From assembly GCA_045657265.1 (NCBI GenBank), contig JAZOSU010000035.1:66777-130776 (forward strand): a stretch of 64,000 nt of DNA, given 5' to 3'. Of the stretch, positions 55,717 through 64,000 are shown one piece after another. The notes below the pieces were generated by a model. That model saw nothing but the letters and a program-made list of their open reading frames with translations, ran no database searches and was not told the origin of the DNA. The first letter of the stretch is position 1; each line of letters begins with the position of its first letter. Position numbers and translations under genes: made by a program. Source of the DNA: Eubacteriales bacterium (GTDB lineage Bacteria > Bacillota > Clostridia > Oscillospirales > QAKW01).

Positions 55717-55753
55717 AAAAATACGCTTGTGGAATCACAAGCGTATTTTTTTT
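55717..55753 (+). terminator. hairpin terminator in an otherwise non-coding stretch
   Basis: AAAATACGCTTGTG-gaat-CACAAGCGTATTTTTTTT. Confidence 0.7.
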
Positions 55754-55823
55754 ATTTACTATTGACTTATTATATTTTTTATTTTATATTGAACATAGAT
55801 ATAAATATATATAGGAATTTGTT

Positions 55824-56417
55824 ATGAAAAATAAACATTTTATACATATTCACAACCCTGAGGCAAAGGGTAAAAGAATGCTTATTTTGGGCGGAGATAT
55901 TACCGTTTGTGAAAATGGCTTTGCAAAAGGCGTAAAACAGGAGAAAAACGATTATGTTCATATAATCTGCAGATTTTCTCAGCAATCGGTGCATGATTTC
56001 GGATTTTGTATTATGCAGTCTAAATCATGGGAACAAAACTATAAAAATTCTGATGATATTTCCAAGCTTTACGTTGATGGTGAAAAATTCAGACCTGACA
56101 TTATGGTTTTACAGATAGGAGACCATATTGATAAAATCGGGTTTGATGAAAAACTGTTCAAGGATAGATTTGAAAAATTTATTTGCCGTATCGATCCGCT
56201 TGGTAAAAGTAAAAAAGTTCTGCTCACGTCTTTTTCTAAAAACGTGTCAGACGGTGCCGTGCAGGATATGGCAGAATATCTTAAATGTCCCTGCATTTAT
56301 CTTGGCAACATCGGCAGTTATGAAGAATTATGTGAAAATGGACTGCCGAATAACAAAGGTATGGACAGAATAGCGAGAGCTGTTCTTTGCATTATAGAAA
56401 ATTATCTTAAAAAGTAG
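55824..56417 (+). CDS. SGNH-hydrolase-like protein, apparently without the nucleophile Ser
   Basis: Block I reads LILGGDITV (canonical GDS); block III-like LQIGDHID; no clear DxxH. 197 aa, directly upstream of the 1073-aa gene. Confidence 0.45.
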   Translation: MKNKHFIHIHNPEAKGKRMLILGGDITVCENGFAKGVKQEKNDYVHIICRFSQQSVHDFGFCIMQSKSWEQNYKNSDDISKLYVDGEKFRPDIMVLQIGDHIDKIGFDEKLFKDRFEKFICRIDPLGKSKKVLLTSFSKNVSDGAVQDMAEYLKCPCIYLGNIGSYEELCENGLPNNKGMDRIARAVLCIIENYLKK

Positions 56418-56427
56418 GTGACTGAAA

Positions 56428-59400
56428 ATGCCGTATTCAATTAAAAAAGATTTAAACAAAGATCTTTGCGATATTATACTTCGCAAAAACAAAGAATGTA
56501 CTTTTGAGTTTGATGCACAAAACCTTGATAAATCAGCTCATCACAGACTTTATATGACCATAGAAGACAGAATGTCTCCTATATTTAAAGACGAGCCTTA
56601 CGGAGATAAGATTTATCAGATGATTGAAGACTCTCTTAATCCCGATGAAGCAGAACTTGACAGATACTGTCTTGATATGTCAGAGAAAAAACCGCGCCCG
56701 TTTATGAAGTGCGCCGTTGTAAAAAGACTTTGGAACGGAAACCCTGCAGACGGACTTTACGGGTTTAAAAAAGCCATAAACAATATATGGGATTTCAGCA
56801 TTTTTGCAAAAGCAGAAAACCTTAAAATAGAAGAGGGCGGATACCTTCGTATCAGATTTGAAAGCTGGGATATCAAAAAAGGCGTTGATCCGCATATTAC
56901 AGCTGCCCAGCCTGACCATACCGTACTTGTAGATATTGCGCAAGGCTCGTATCCTTATACCAAATTCGGAAAAGATATTGAGATAGACTGCAATAGTACA
57001 GCTTGTGTTGTTATGTATGTTGAAGGTGAAAACTACAGCGGAAACGTATATCTTGAAAGACCGTCACTGAGCGCATCAAACGGCGTTAACGTTATACCGA
57101 AATTTGACGTAGCTGTACCCAGCAAACACGAAAGATACCGCGAACCTAACTGGCTGGGAATGAACCTTGCAAAAAAAGAATGGCCTGTGTTCCGTATGGA
57201 AATAAACGGCAAGGTGTTTTTCCAAGACGAAACTTTCCTTCGTATTCACCGCTATTCGCCTGTTGAAATTCAGATTCCCGACGACTATATAGAAGACAGC
57301 AACGTAATAAAAGTAAAATACATTTCAGATTACCACGATACAGTACCTGTTGCTATCAGGGAAGTTAAGATACTTGAAAAAGAAAAAGCTCCTTTCCATA
57401 TTCACTACGCGCCTGAAAATGCAGTTATCGGCAAGGAAATACATCTTCTTGTTGAAACTGAAAAGGACAATATGGCTTTTTCAATAAAGAGTGAAACTCT
57501 TGCTCTTGTAAAAGATTACAGTTTTGAAAACAAAGGACTTCATGTTGTAAGTCTTACAGCAGACGTATACCATAACAATATGGAATTTACTCTCATATCA
57601 GACGGATATGAAGTTAAAAAAGTTATCCGCAAAGCTATAATAAGACCCGAAGATAACGTAACGGTAGGTTCGGGCGACCTCATTTACGTAGACAACTCTG
57701 ACCTTCAGGCAGTGTGTGATTACATTGAATGGGCAATTACAAACAAAACCCATAACCTTATCACTATCCGTCCTGCATACCGTTGGGGCGGTCAGAGAAC
57801 AATAAATCCTAAAGTATGGGAAAAATTCTGCGAAATCTGTAATGATATGGGCATTAACTTCGTGCATATGACAGATGGACGCGACCTTCCGGGTATTCAC
57901 TGTAATCCTCACCCTGATATGCTAACGGGCGAGAGATTTCTTGGTATTCAGCAGCACGAACGTGACGGACACGCATTCTATTGGGGATACAGACCGCAGG
58001 TAGCACATCCTATTGCAGAATCATGGTTTGACATAACAGCAAGACTTTACCGTGAAAATCCCCTTACTACCTATTATTGCAGCGGCGGACATGTCATATC
58101 ATACGATAAAGTTAAGGGTTATATGCTGACAAAATATATTAATTGCAGACCTGATATGAAAGATGCTCATACAAATGCTATCAGAACGCTTAAAAACATT
58201 AAAAGAATAGATACAAGACATACAGGTCCTTCCGTTATGTTCAAATATTTGTATGAAGCAGGCTGGGATTGGGCAGGCGCTGAGACAATGGACAGCGCAA
58301 CAGAAACTCTTCTTGCGTTTATGCGCGGTGCAGCAAAGGCTTACGGTAAGGACAGAACAGGCGTTCATCACGCAGTACAGTGGTCAACAAGACCTCACGA
58401 TACCGAGGAACGTTACCGCAGATTTATGCTTGCGAACTTTGTTTCATATCTGCAGGGCGCTACAGAAATCAATACCGAAGAAGGTTTATGGTTCCTTGAA
58501 TGTCAGTACACCTTCCATAACAGATTTTCACCTGCTTGCGTAAACCATTCTGATATGCAAAGAAAACTGTTTGAGTTTATACAGAGTCACTCAAGAACAG
58601 GCAGATACTATACACCTACCGCTTTTGTTCACGGACGTTATGACGGTTGGTTCGGTTTCGGTTCGAGCAATAACATTTTCGGTATGGAAAACATCAAAAG
58701 AGCAGACCCTGAAAACGGTTGGGAGCTTCTTAATGTTTTCTATCCGCTTTGTGCAATTAATAAAGGCGGAGTTACAGGTTATTATCCTGAAGGTCACGGC
58801 AAACCAATCGGTCTTGTTTCAGGTACTCCAAGAGGTAACGTTGACGTTGTGCCGATAGAAAAGAGTGATTTCTCAGAATATAAACTTGTAATATTTACAA
58901 GCTATAACTGTGCTGAGAATACCGATATGGACAGAATGTTTGATTTCGTTGCAAAGGGAGGCACACTTGTTGCGACACCTATGCATTTTTCAGATATAAC
59001 ATACCGTCCTGACATTATTGCAAACAAAGTAAACATCATAGATTGCACTCTTACAAATGCTATATTTGAAGGTCAGCCTGTATTTGTAAATAATATGTGC
59101 GTTAATCTTTCACCAAAAGCAAAAATCATAGAAAAATCAGAAAACGGACTGCCTCTTATAGTTGAAATCCCCGTAGGCGAGGGTAAAGTTGTTCTTGTAA
59201 ACAAACTCAGATACCCCGGAAACCCCGAAATTATGCCTCTTTACAAACAGCTTATTATCAAGCTCAACAACGAAGTTCACGAAAAAGACTTTGCAAACGT
59301 GCTTTGCGGTGAAGACGTACAGTTTACAAGATATATTCAGGACGACGGAAGTATGCATATATATATCACTCCTGTTGACTGGTATAATAGCCCAGATTCT

Positions 59401-59649
59401 ACAAGAAGAGCAACGCTCAAAGTGGGCGAAGAGCTTTATGATCTTAAGCTTACATTTGGTGAAATAACAAAAATTACTGTTAAAGATTCCGTTGCAGTAT
59501 GGTGCGCCGATTCTGATTTTGACGTAGTTTCAGTAAATCCCGTAAAAGTACAGGGCGAGGGTGAAACAACTGTATTTATCGCAAAAGGCGGAAAAGTTGA
59601 ACAGATAAAAATTAAAATAGGAAAAGAACCTGTTAAAACTATTAAATAA
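56428..59649 (+). CDS. large cytoplasmic protein of unknown function (1073 aa; possibly glycoside-hydrolase-like)
   Basis: Uninterrupted ORF with no signal peptide. Beta-rich N-terminal part; a central region with barrel-like alternation (WGGQRTINPKVWEKFCEICNDMGINFVHMTDG..., WAGAETMDS, EINTEEGLW). A later segment, LVIFTSYNC...GGTLVATP, is reminiscent of GH42-type amidotransferase-like domains. Assignment by eye only. Confidence 0.6.
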   Translation: MPYSIKKDLNKDLCDIILRKNKECTFEFDAQNLDKSAHHRLYMTIEDRMSPIFKDEPYGDKIYQMIEDSLNPDEAELDRYCLDMSEKKPRPFMKCAVVKRLWNGNPADGLYGFKKAINNIWDFSIFAKAENLKIEEGGYLRIRFESWDIKKGVDPHITAAQPDHTVLVDIAQGSYPYTKFGKDIEIDCNSTACVVMYVEGENYSGNVYLERPSLSASNGVNVIPKFDVAVPSKHERYREPNWLGMNLAKKEWPVFRMEINGKVFFQDETFLRIHRYSPVEIQIPDDYIEDSNVIKVKYISDYHDTVPVAIREVKILEKEKAPFHIHYAPENAVIGKEIHLLVETEKDNMAFSIKSETLALVKDYSFENKGLHVVSLTADVYHNNMEFTLISDGYEVKKVIRKAIIRPEDNVTVGSGDLIYVDNSDLQAVCDYIEWAITNKTHNLITIRPAYRWGGQRTINPKVWEKFCEICNDMGINFVHMTDGRDLPGIHCNPHPDMLTGERFLGIQQHERDGHAFYWGYRPQVAHPIAESWFDITARLYRENPLTTYYCSGGHVISYDKVKGYMLTKYINCRPDMKDAHTNAIRTLKNIKRIDTRHTGPSVMFKYLYEAGWDWAGAETMDSATETLLAFMRGAAKAYGKDRTGVHHAVQWSTRPHDTEERYRRFMLANFVSYLQGATEINTEEGLWFLECQYTFHNRFSPACVNHSDMQRKLFEFIQSHSRTGRYYTPTAFVHGRYDGWFGFGSSNNIFGMENIKRADPENGWELLNVFYPLCAINKGGVTGYYPEGHGKPIGLVSGTPRGNVDVVPIEKSDFSEYKLVIFTSYNCAENTDMDRMFDFVAKGGTLVATPMHFSDITYRPDIIANKVNIIDCTLTNAIFEGQPVFVNNMCVNLSPKAKIIEKSENGLPLIVEIPVGEGKVVLVNKLRYPGNPEIMPLYKQLIIKLNNEVHEKDFANVLCGEDVQFTRYIQDDGSMHIYITPVDWYNSPDSTRRATLKVGEELYDLKLTFGEITKITVKDSVAVWCADSDFDVVSVNPVKVQGEGETTVFIAKGGKVEQIKIKIGKEPVKTIK

Positions 59650-59662
59650 CTGCGGATCGCAG

Positions 59663-59782
59663 CTGCGTTTGGGTGAAAACCTGTACGATATGGAAATTCC
59701 GTTTGGCGAAATTACAAAAGGTGTAGTATCAAATCCTCTTAAAGTAAAGGGATAGGGTAAAACAACCGTATTTATAACAAAA
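59663..59782 (+). pseudogene. remnant of the C-terminus of a paralogue of the 1073-aa gene
   Basis: RLGENLYDMEIPFGEITKGVVSNPLKVKG*GKTTVFITK aligns with VGEELYDLKLTFGEITKITV...VSVNPVKVQGEGETTVFIAKG of the intact gene. It has an internal deletion and an in-frame stop. Confidence 0.7.
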
Positions 59783-59943
59783 TATATGAAATCAAGCTCT
59801 GCCACGGCAGTCAGCTTGAGAGAAATGCAGGGGATATAATTGCAGATGCTGCAATAGAACTTGCAAAATAAACCGTTTTAGTGTAAAATATTTATTGTAC
59901 TGTATTCTTGTCTAAGGAGAAACAGTAACAGGAGGAATTAAAT

Positions 59944-60537
59944 ATGGAAAAATCAAAAAAAATGCCGGTTCGTAAACTGGCAATCGGCTCTGTACTTACT
60001 GCGCTTGTAATTTTGTTGCAGTATATGGGTTCTTTTATCAAACTGGGACCGTTCTCTATTTCTTTGGTGCTCATTCCCATTGTAATCGGAACAGCAACCT
60101 GCGGTAAAACAATAGGTGCGTTTCTTGGTTTTGTGTTTGGTGTTATTGTTCTTGCAAGTGGTGATGCCGCCGCATTTATTGCGGTGAATCCTATTGGTAC
60201 TGTAATAACCGTTCTGGTAAAAGGTACCGCCTGCGGATACGTTTCAGGACTTGCATATGAACTGACACATAAACTTTCAAAAGGCAAAATCTATTTATCC
60301 ACTCTGGTTTCGGCAATAGTATGCCCTGTTGTTAATACAGGTATATTCTTGCTGGGATGTCTTCTCTTTTTTATGGAGCCTGTGTCACAGTGGGCAACCG
60401 CTTTCGGTTTTGGCGACAACGTGGCGGCTTATATGTTTTTAGGTCTTGCAGGAGGAAATTTCTTGTTTGAGTTTTTAGTAAACGCCTTTTTTTCTCCCGT
60501 AATTGTGCGTATAATGAAAGCAGTGGCAAAAGACTGA
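59944..60537 (+). CDS. ECF transporter S component (pantothenate-type by context)
   Basis: Six-TM small membrane protein; MPVRKLAIGSVLTALVILLQY; adjacent to coaX. Confidence 0.7.
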   Translation: MEKSKKMPVRKLAIGSVLTALVILLQYMGSFIKLGPFSISLVLIPIVIGTATCGKTIGAFLGFVFGVIVLASGDAAAFIAVNPIGTVITVLVKGTACGYVSGLAYELTHKLSKGKIYLSTLVSAIVCPVVNTGIFLLGCLLFFMEPVSQWATAFGFGDNVAAYMFLGLAGGNFLFEFLVNAFFSPVIVRIMKAVAKD

Positions 60538-60561
60538 TAAAAAAAGAAAGGACTGTAGATT

Positions 60562-61326
60562 ATGGTTTTAGCTATAGATATCGGAAATACTAATATAGTA
60601 ATAGGCGGATTTGAAGATGATAAAATCTGTTTTATAGAACGTATTTCTACCAATAAACGCTCTACCGCTCTTGAATATACCGTGCTTATAAAAACGGTAC
60701 TTGAGCTGAGCGGGTACAGTCAGACTCAGCTTGACGGCGGTATTATTTCATCGGTTGTTCCGTCAGTTACTTCGCTTGTACGCGATGCGGTTACAAAACT
60801 TACGGGTAAACCCGTTATGGTTTTGGGACCGGGACTTAAAACTGGTCTTAAAATAGCTATTGATAATCCTGCTCAGGCAGGGGCTGACCTTGTGGCAGGC
60901 GCAGTTGCCGCCGCAGATGAATATCCTTGTCCCCTTGTTGTTGTGGATATGGGTACGGCTACTACTATAACAGTTATTGATAAAGATAAAAACTTTATCG
61001 GCGGTATGATAATGCCGGGACTTCGCGCATCTTTGGAAGCGCTGACAGGAAGCACTTCTCAGCTTCCCAATATCAGCCTTGAACCGCCTAAAAAAGTAAT
61101 AGGTACAAATACGGTGGATTGTATGTCAAGCGGTGTCATATACGGAACAGCTTGTTCTATTGAAGGCGCAGTTGAACGTATGGAACAGGAACTTGGTCAG
61201 AAATGCACAGTTGTTGCAACAGGCGGACTTGCTTCTGTTATAGCACCTCTTTGCAAAAGAGATATAATAGTTGATGACAAACTGCTTCTTAAAGGGTTAA
61301 TGATAATCTATAATAAAAACAAATAA
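60562..61326 (+). CDS. coaX: type III pantothenate kinase
   Basis: LAIDIGNTN; VVVDMGTATT; GGLA motifs of CoaX. Confidence 0.92.
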   Translation: MVLAIDIGNTNIVIGGFEDDKICFIERISTNKRSTALEYTVLIKTVLELSGYSQTQLDGGIISSVVPSVTSLVRDAVTKLTGKPVMVLGPGLKTGLKIAIDNPAQAGADLVAGAVAAADEYPCPLVVVDMGTATTITVIDKDKNFIGGMIMPGLRASLEALTGSTSQLPNISLEPPKKVIGTNTVDCMSSGVIYGTACSIEGAVERMEQELGQKCTVVATGGLASVIAPLCKRDIIVDDKLLLKGLMIIYNKNK

Positions 61327-61758
61327 AAAAAGGGGAATGTAAAATTTCTCCAAAACGCAAAAAGCGGGAAAATCAAGGAGAAATAAAATTAAAAATCTCT
61401 TATAAATGACAAAATGAAAGAAAAGTGTTGCTTTTTATATGCAACACTTTTCTATTTTATATGCTTTTTGCTACTTCCAAACCTCGCCACTCGTCATCGT
61501 CAAAGCAAGGCTTCATATTCTCCGTTTTGTCTGTCGACAAAACTGCAAATTATTGCCTGCTTTTCCTCCATACTTGCAAAGCATCTTTGCAAGTATCAAA
61601 AGCCGAAAAAAGTTTTCGGCTTTAAAGGAAGAATAACGAAGCTTGTGGAGTTTTTGCGAATAGTAAAAACGAAACTTTGCGAAGTTTATTCTGACGTCGC
61701 GGTCGGGTAAGCCTACGGCTCGGTTTGAAACTTTTGAAAAAATTTTCCTATCCCCTAA

Positions 61759-61798
61759 AAAATGAGCTGAAAAACTTGCGTTTTTTCAGCTCATTTTG
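61759..61798. terminator. bidirectional hairpin terminator
   Basis: AAATGAGCTGAAAAA-cttgcg-TTTTTCAGCTCATTTT. Confidence 0.8.
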
Positions 61799-61800
61799 GT

Positions 61801-63159
61801 TTAGTTTTTAAGACTCTGAAGTGGTGCGGGTATTCTTCCGCCTCTGTGAATGAATTTTTCGGGTGATTTCATATTGATGTTCATTACGGGACCGTAGCCT
61901 AAAAGTCCGCCGAAATCAAGTACGTCACCGACTTTTTTACCGATAGCGGGAATTACGCGGACAGCAGTTGTTTTGGAGTTGACCATACCAATTGCCGCCT
62001 CGTCTGCAATTATTGCAGAAATAACTTCCGCAGGAGTATCACCGGGAATGTTTATCATATCAAGACCTACACTGCATACTGCAGTCATAGCTTCAAGCTT
62101 TTCAAGTGTAAGTGTTCCGTCTGTTGCGGCAGCTATCATACCTGCATCTTCAGTTACAGGAATAAATGCGCCTGAAAGACCGCCTACGTGACTTGATGCC
62201 ATAACTCCGCCTTTTTTTACAGCATCGTTAAGAAGGGCAAGAGCGGCAGTTGTTCCGTGACAACCGCATGTTTCAAGGCCCATTTCCTCAAGTATGTAAG
62301 CAACGCTGTCACCTACTGCAGGGGTGGGAGCAAGTGAAAGGTCAACAATACCGAAAGGAATATTAAGTCTTTCAGATGCTTTGTTTGCAACAAGCTGACC
62401 TACTCTTGTTATTTTAAACGCAGTGCGTTTGATAAGCTCTGCAATTTCAGATAAATCTTCGGTTTTAGCTTTTGAAAGAACTGAACGGACAACACCCGGT
62501 CCTGAAACGCCTACGTTAATTGCGCAGTCAGGCTCGCCAACACCGTGAAAGGCACCTGCCATAAATGGATTGTCTTCAACGGCATTGCAGAAAACAACAA
62601 GCTTTGCCGCGCCTATACAACCTCTGTCAGCTGTGATTTCGGCAGTTTTTCTGACAATCTCGCCCATAGTGCGAACTGCATCCATATTGATTCCTGCTCT
62701 GGTTGAACCTATGTTTACGCTTGAACAAATGTGATTTGTCTCAGAGAGCGCTTCGGGAATGCTCTCAATAAGAGCTTTGTCACCGGGTCCGAAACCCTTT
62801 TGAACAAGAGCGGAATATCCGCCGATAAAGTTAACGCCTATGGTTGATGCGGCTCTTTCAAGAGCCTTTGCAAAAGCGACAGGACTTTTGTCGGGACAAG
62901 CGGCGGCAAGCATTGAAATTGGAGTTACGCTCACACGCTTGTTTATAATCGGTATACCAAGTTCTTTTTCAATTACGTTACAGGTATCAACCTGTTTTTC
63001 ACAGACTCTTGTGATTTTGTCGTAAACCTTTTTACAGGCTTTGTCTATGTCAGGGTCGATACAGTCAAGCAAAGATATACCGACGGTAACAGTACGGATA
63101 TCAAGATGCTCGTGCTGAATCATATCTATCGTTTCTAAAATATCTTTTGTGTTAATCAT
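61801..63159 (-). CDS. UPF0210 (DUF711/PFL-like) protein
   Basis: [33 protein letters not shown]... is typical of the family; 452 aa; paired with an ACT protein. Confidence 0.85.
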   Translation of the reverse strand: MINTKDILETIDMIQHEHLDIRTVTVGISLLDCIDPDIDKACKKVYDKITRVCEKQVDTCNVIEKELGIPIINKRVSVTPISMLAAACPDKSPVAFAKALERAASTIGVNFIGGYSALVQKGFGPGDKALIESIPEALSETNHICSSVNIGSTRAGINMDAVRTMGEIVRKTAEITADRGCIGAAKLVVFCNAVEDNPFMAGAFHGVGEPDCAINVGVSGPGVVRSVLSKAKTEDLSEIAELIKRTAFKITRVGQLVANKASERLNIPFGIVDLSLAPTPAVGDSVAYILEEMGLETCGCHGTTAALALLNDAVKKGGVMASSHVGGLSGAFIPVTEDAGMIAAATDGTLTLEKLEAMTAVCSVGLDMINIPGDTPAEVISAIIADEAAIGMVNSKTTAVRVIPAIGKKVGDVLDFGGLLGYGPVMNINMKSPEKFIHRGGRIPAPLQSLKN

Positions 63160-63163
63160 ATTA

Positions 63164-63433
63164 TTATACCCTGTGCATTGAGTTGAAAATGTCCTCGTGC
63201 ATTACGTGAATTTCCATACCCATTTCCTTGCCCATTTTAGCAATATCGTCACCAAACTCGCCGAGAGCTTTTTCCATACCCGATATGTCTGTAAGCATAA
63301 TCATACAAAACATATCCTGAAGTACGCTCTGGCTTACTTCTATTATGTTAACATTGTACTGCGCGCATTTTGTACTGACTTTTGCAAGTATGCCTACGCA
63401 GTCTTTACCAACAACGGTTATAACAGCTTTCAT
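63164..63433 (-). CDS. ACT domain protein (UPF0237)
   Basis: [20 protein letters not shown].... ATG 63433 follows AGGAGA; the track start is 63463. Confidence 0.85.
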   Translation of the reverse strand: MKAVITVVGKDCVGILAKVSTKCAQYNVNIIEVSQSVLQDMFCMIMLTDISGMEKALGEFGDDIAKMGKEMGMEIHVMHEDIFNSMHRV

Positions 63434-63558
63434 TTTGTTTTTCTCCTGAGATTTATTTTTCAAAAGTATATCATTTTTTAATATTCATGTCAATGTATAC
63501 ACTATTGTATTTTGTGATAAATAGTGATATACTAATCTAAATACAGGAGGATAGAATT

Positions 63559-64000
63559 ATGTATGATTGGTTAATTGTCGGCGCAGGACTTTACGGCGCT
63601 GTTTTTGCAAGAGAAATGACAGACGCGGGTAAAAAATGTCTCGTTATTGATAAACGTAGCCATATAGGCGGTAATATATATACAGAACAAATCGAAGGAA
63701 TAAACGTTCATAAATACGGTGCGCATATTTTCCATACTTCAGACAAAGAAGTGTGGGACTATGTAAACCGATTCTGTGAATTCAATAACTATATCAATTC
63801 ACCTGTTGCAAACTATAAAGGAAAACTTTACAATCTGCCGTTCAATATGAATACTTTTTCGCAGATGTGGGGCGTTGTAACACCGAAACAGGCGCAGGAT
63901 ATTATTGAGCGACAGAGAAAAGAAAGCGGTATAACAAATCCGCAAAACCTTGAGCAGCAGGCAATTTCCCTTGTCGGCAAGGATATATACGAGATACTTG
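63559..64000 (+). CDS. glf: UDP-galactopyranose mutase, 3'-partial (runs off the window)
   Basis: MYDWLIVGAGLYGAVFA (FAD GxGxxG); HIGGNIYT; VHKYGAHIFHT. RBS AGGAGG. Not in the ORF track because there is no stop in the window. Confidence 0.9.
   Translation, partial: MYDWLIVGAGLYGAVFAREMTDAGKKCLVIDKRSHIGGNIYTEQIEGINVHKYGAHIFHTSDKEVWDYVNRFCEFNNYINSPVANYKGKLYNLPFNMNTFSQMWGVVTPKQAQDIIERQRKESGITNPQNLEQQAISLVGKDIYEIL

Noticed and set aside
55573-55827. 84-aa ORF upstream of the SGNH-like gene
   Set aside because: It runs straight through a strong terminator hairpin (55717-55753) into an A/T-only promoter-like tract. At best the first part is a gene remnant.
1-64000. Prophage, IS element, integrative island or defence island
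   Set aside because: No integrase, transposase, recombinase, portal/terminase, restriction-modification, Cas, reverse transcriptase or abortive-infection-type ORF could be recognised in any frame. Only small non-autonomous repeats and insertion scars are visible.

Overview
AT-rich, low-GC Firmicutes chromosome segment; gene content suggests a spore-forming member of the Clostridia (inference). It spans the replication-origin gene cluster dnaA-dnaN-recF-remB-gyrB-gyrA (7.4-16 kb). Most of the window is housekeeping. It holds rnhA, nifS-nifU, a ymdB-like phosphoesterase, tRNA-Leu(UAA), spore-cortex lytic enzymes, clpC, rlmD, birA, cotH, radC and mgtC. It also holds a seven-gene aromatic amino-acid operon (pheA-aroB-aroC-aroE/K-aroA-tyrA-aroF), galM, ung, thiN, a NifU-like/GGGtGRT pair, a murQ cluster, an ECF S component with coaX, a UPF0210/ACT pair and the 5' end of glf. 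An isolated cpsB-cpsC-cpsD tyrosine-kinase module sits at 21.5-24.4 kb. I found no CRISPR array, rRNA, transposase, integrase, reverse transcriptase or recognisable defence system, and I cannot point to a clear novel multi-gene system. The unexplained structure is mostly non-coding.

1. A terminator plus 30-bp-period iteron module lies directly upstream of dnaA and recurs almost identically behind clpC.
2. Two mirror-organised arrays of short hairpins are punctuated by a 7-nt CGATAT-type anchor.
3. GC-rich nested inverted-repeat elements stand out against the AT-rich background.
4. Several 3'-end duplications and gene remnants occur: the GGGtGRT gene tail, the tail of a 1073-aa orphan, and a PHP remnant next to the tRNA.
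5. A two-gene cassette is bracketed by roughly 45-bp direct repeats.

Protein-level oddities include a peroxiredoxin homologue lacking all catalytic residues, an XRE-HTH fused to a BadF-type sugar kinase next to murQ, two broken Avd-like four-helix-bundle genes, and a 1073-aa cytoplasmic orphan. All coordinates of small elements were counted by hand and may be off by 1-2 nt.
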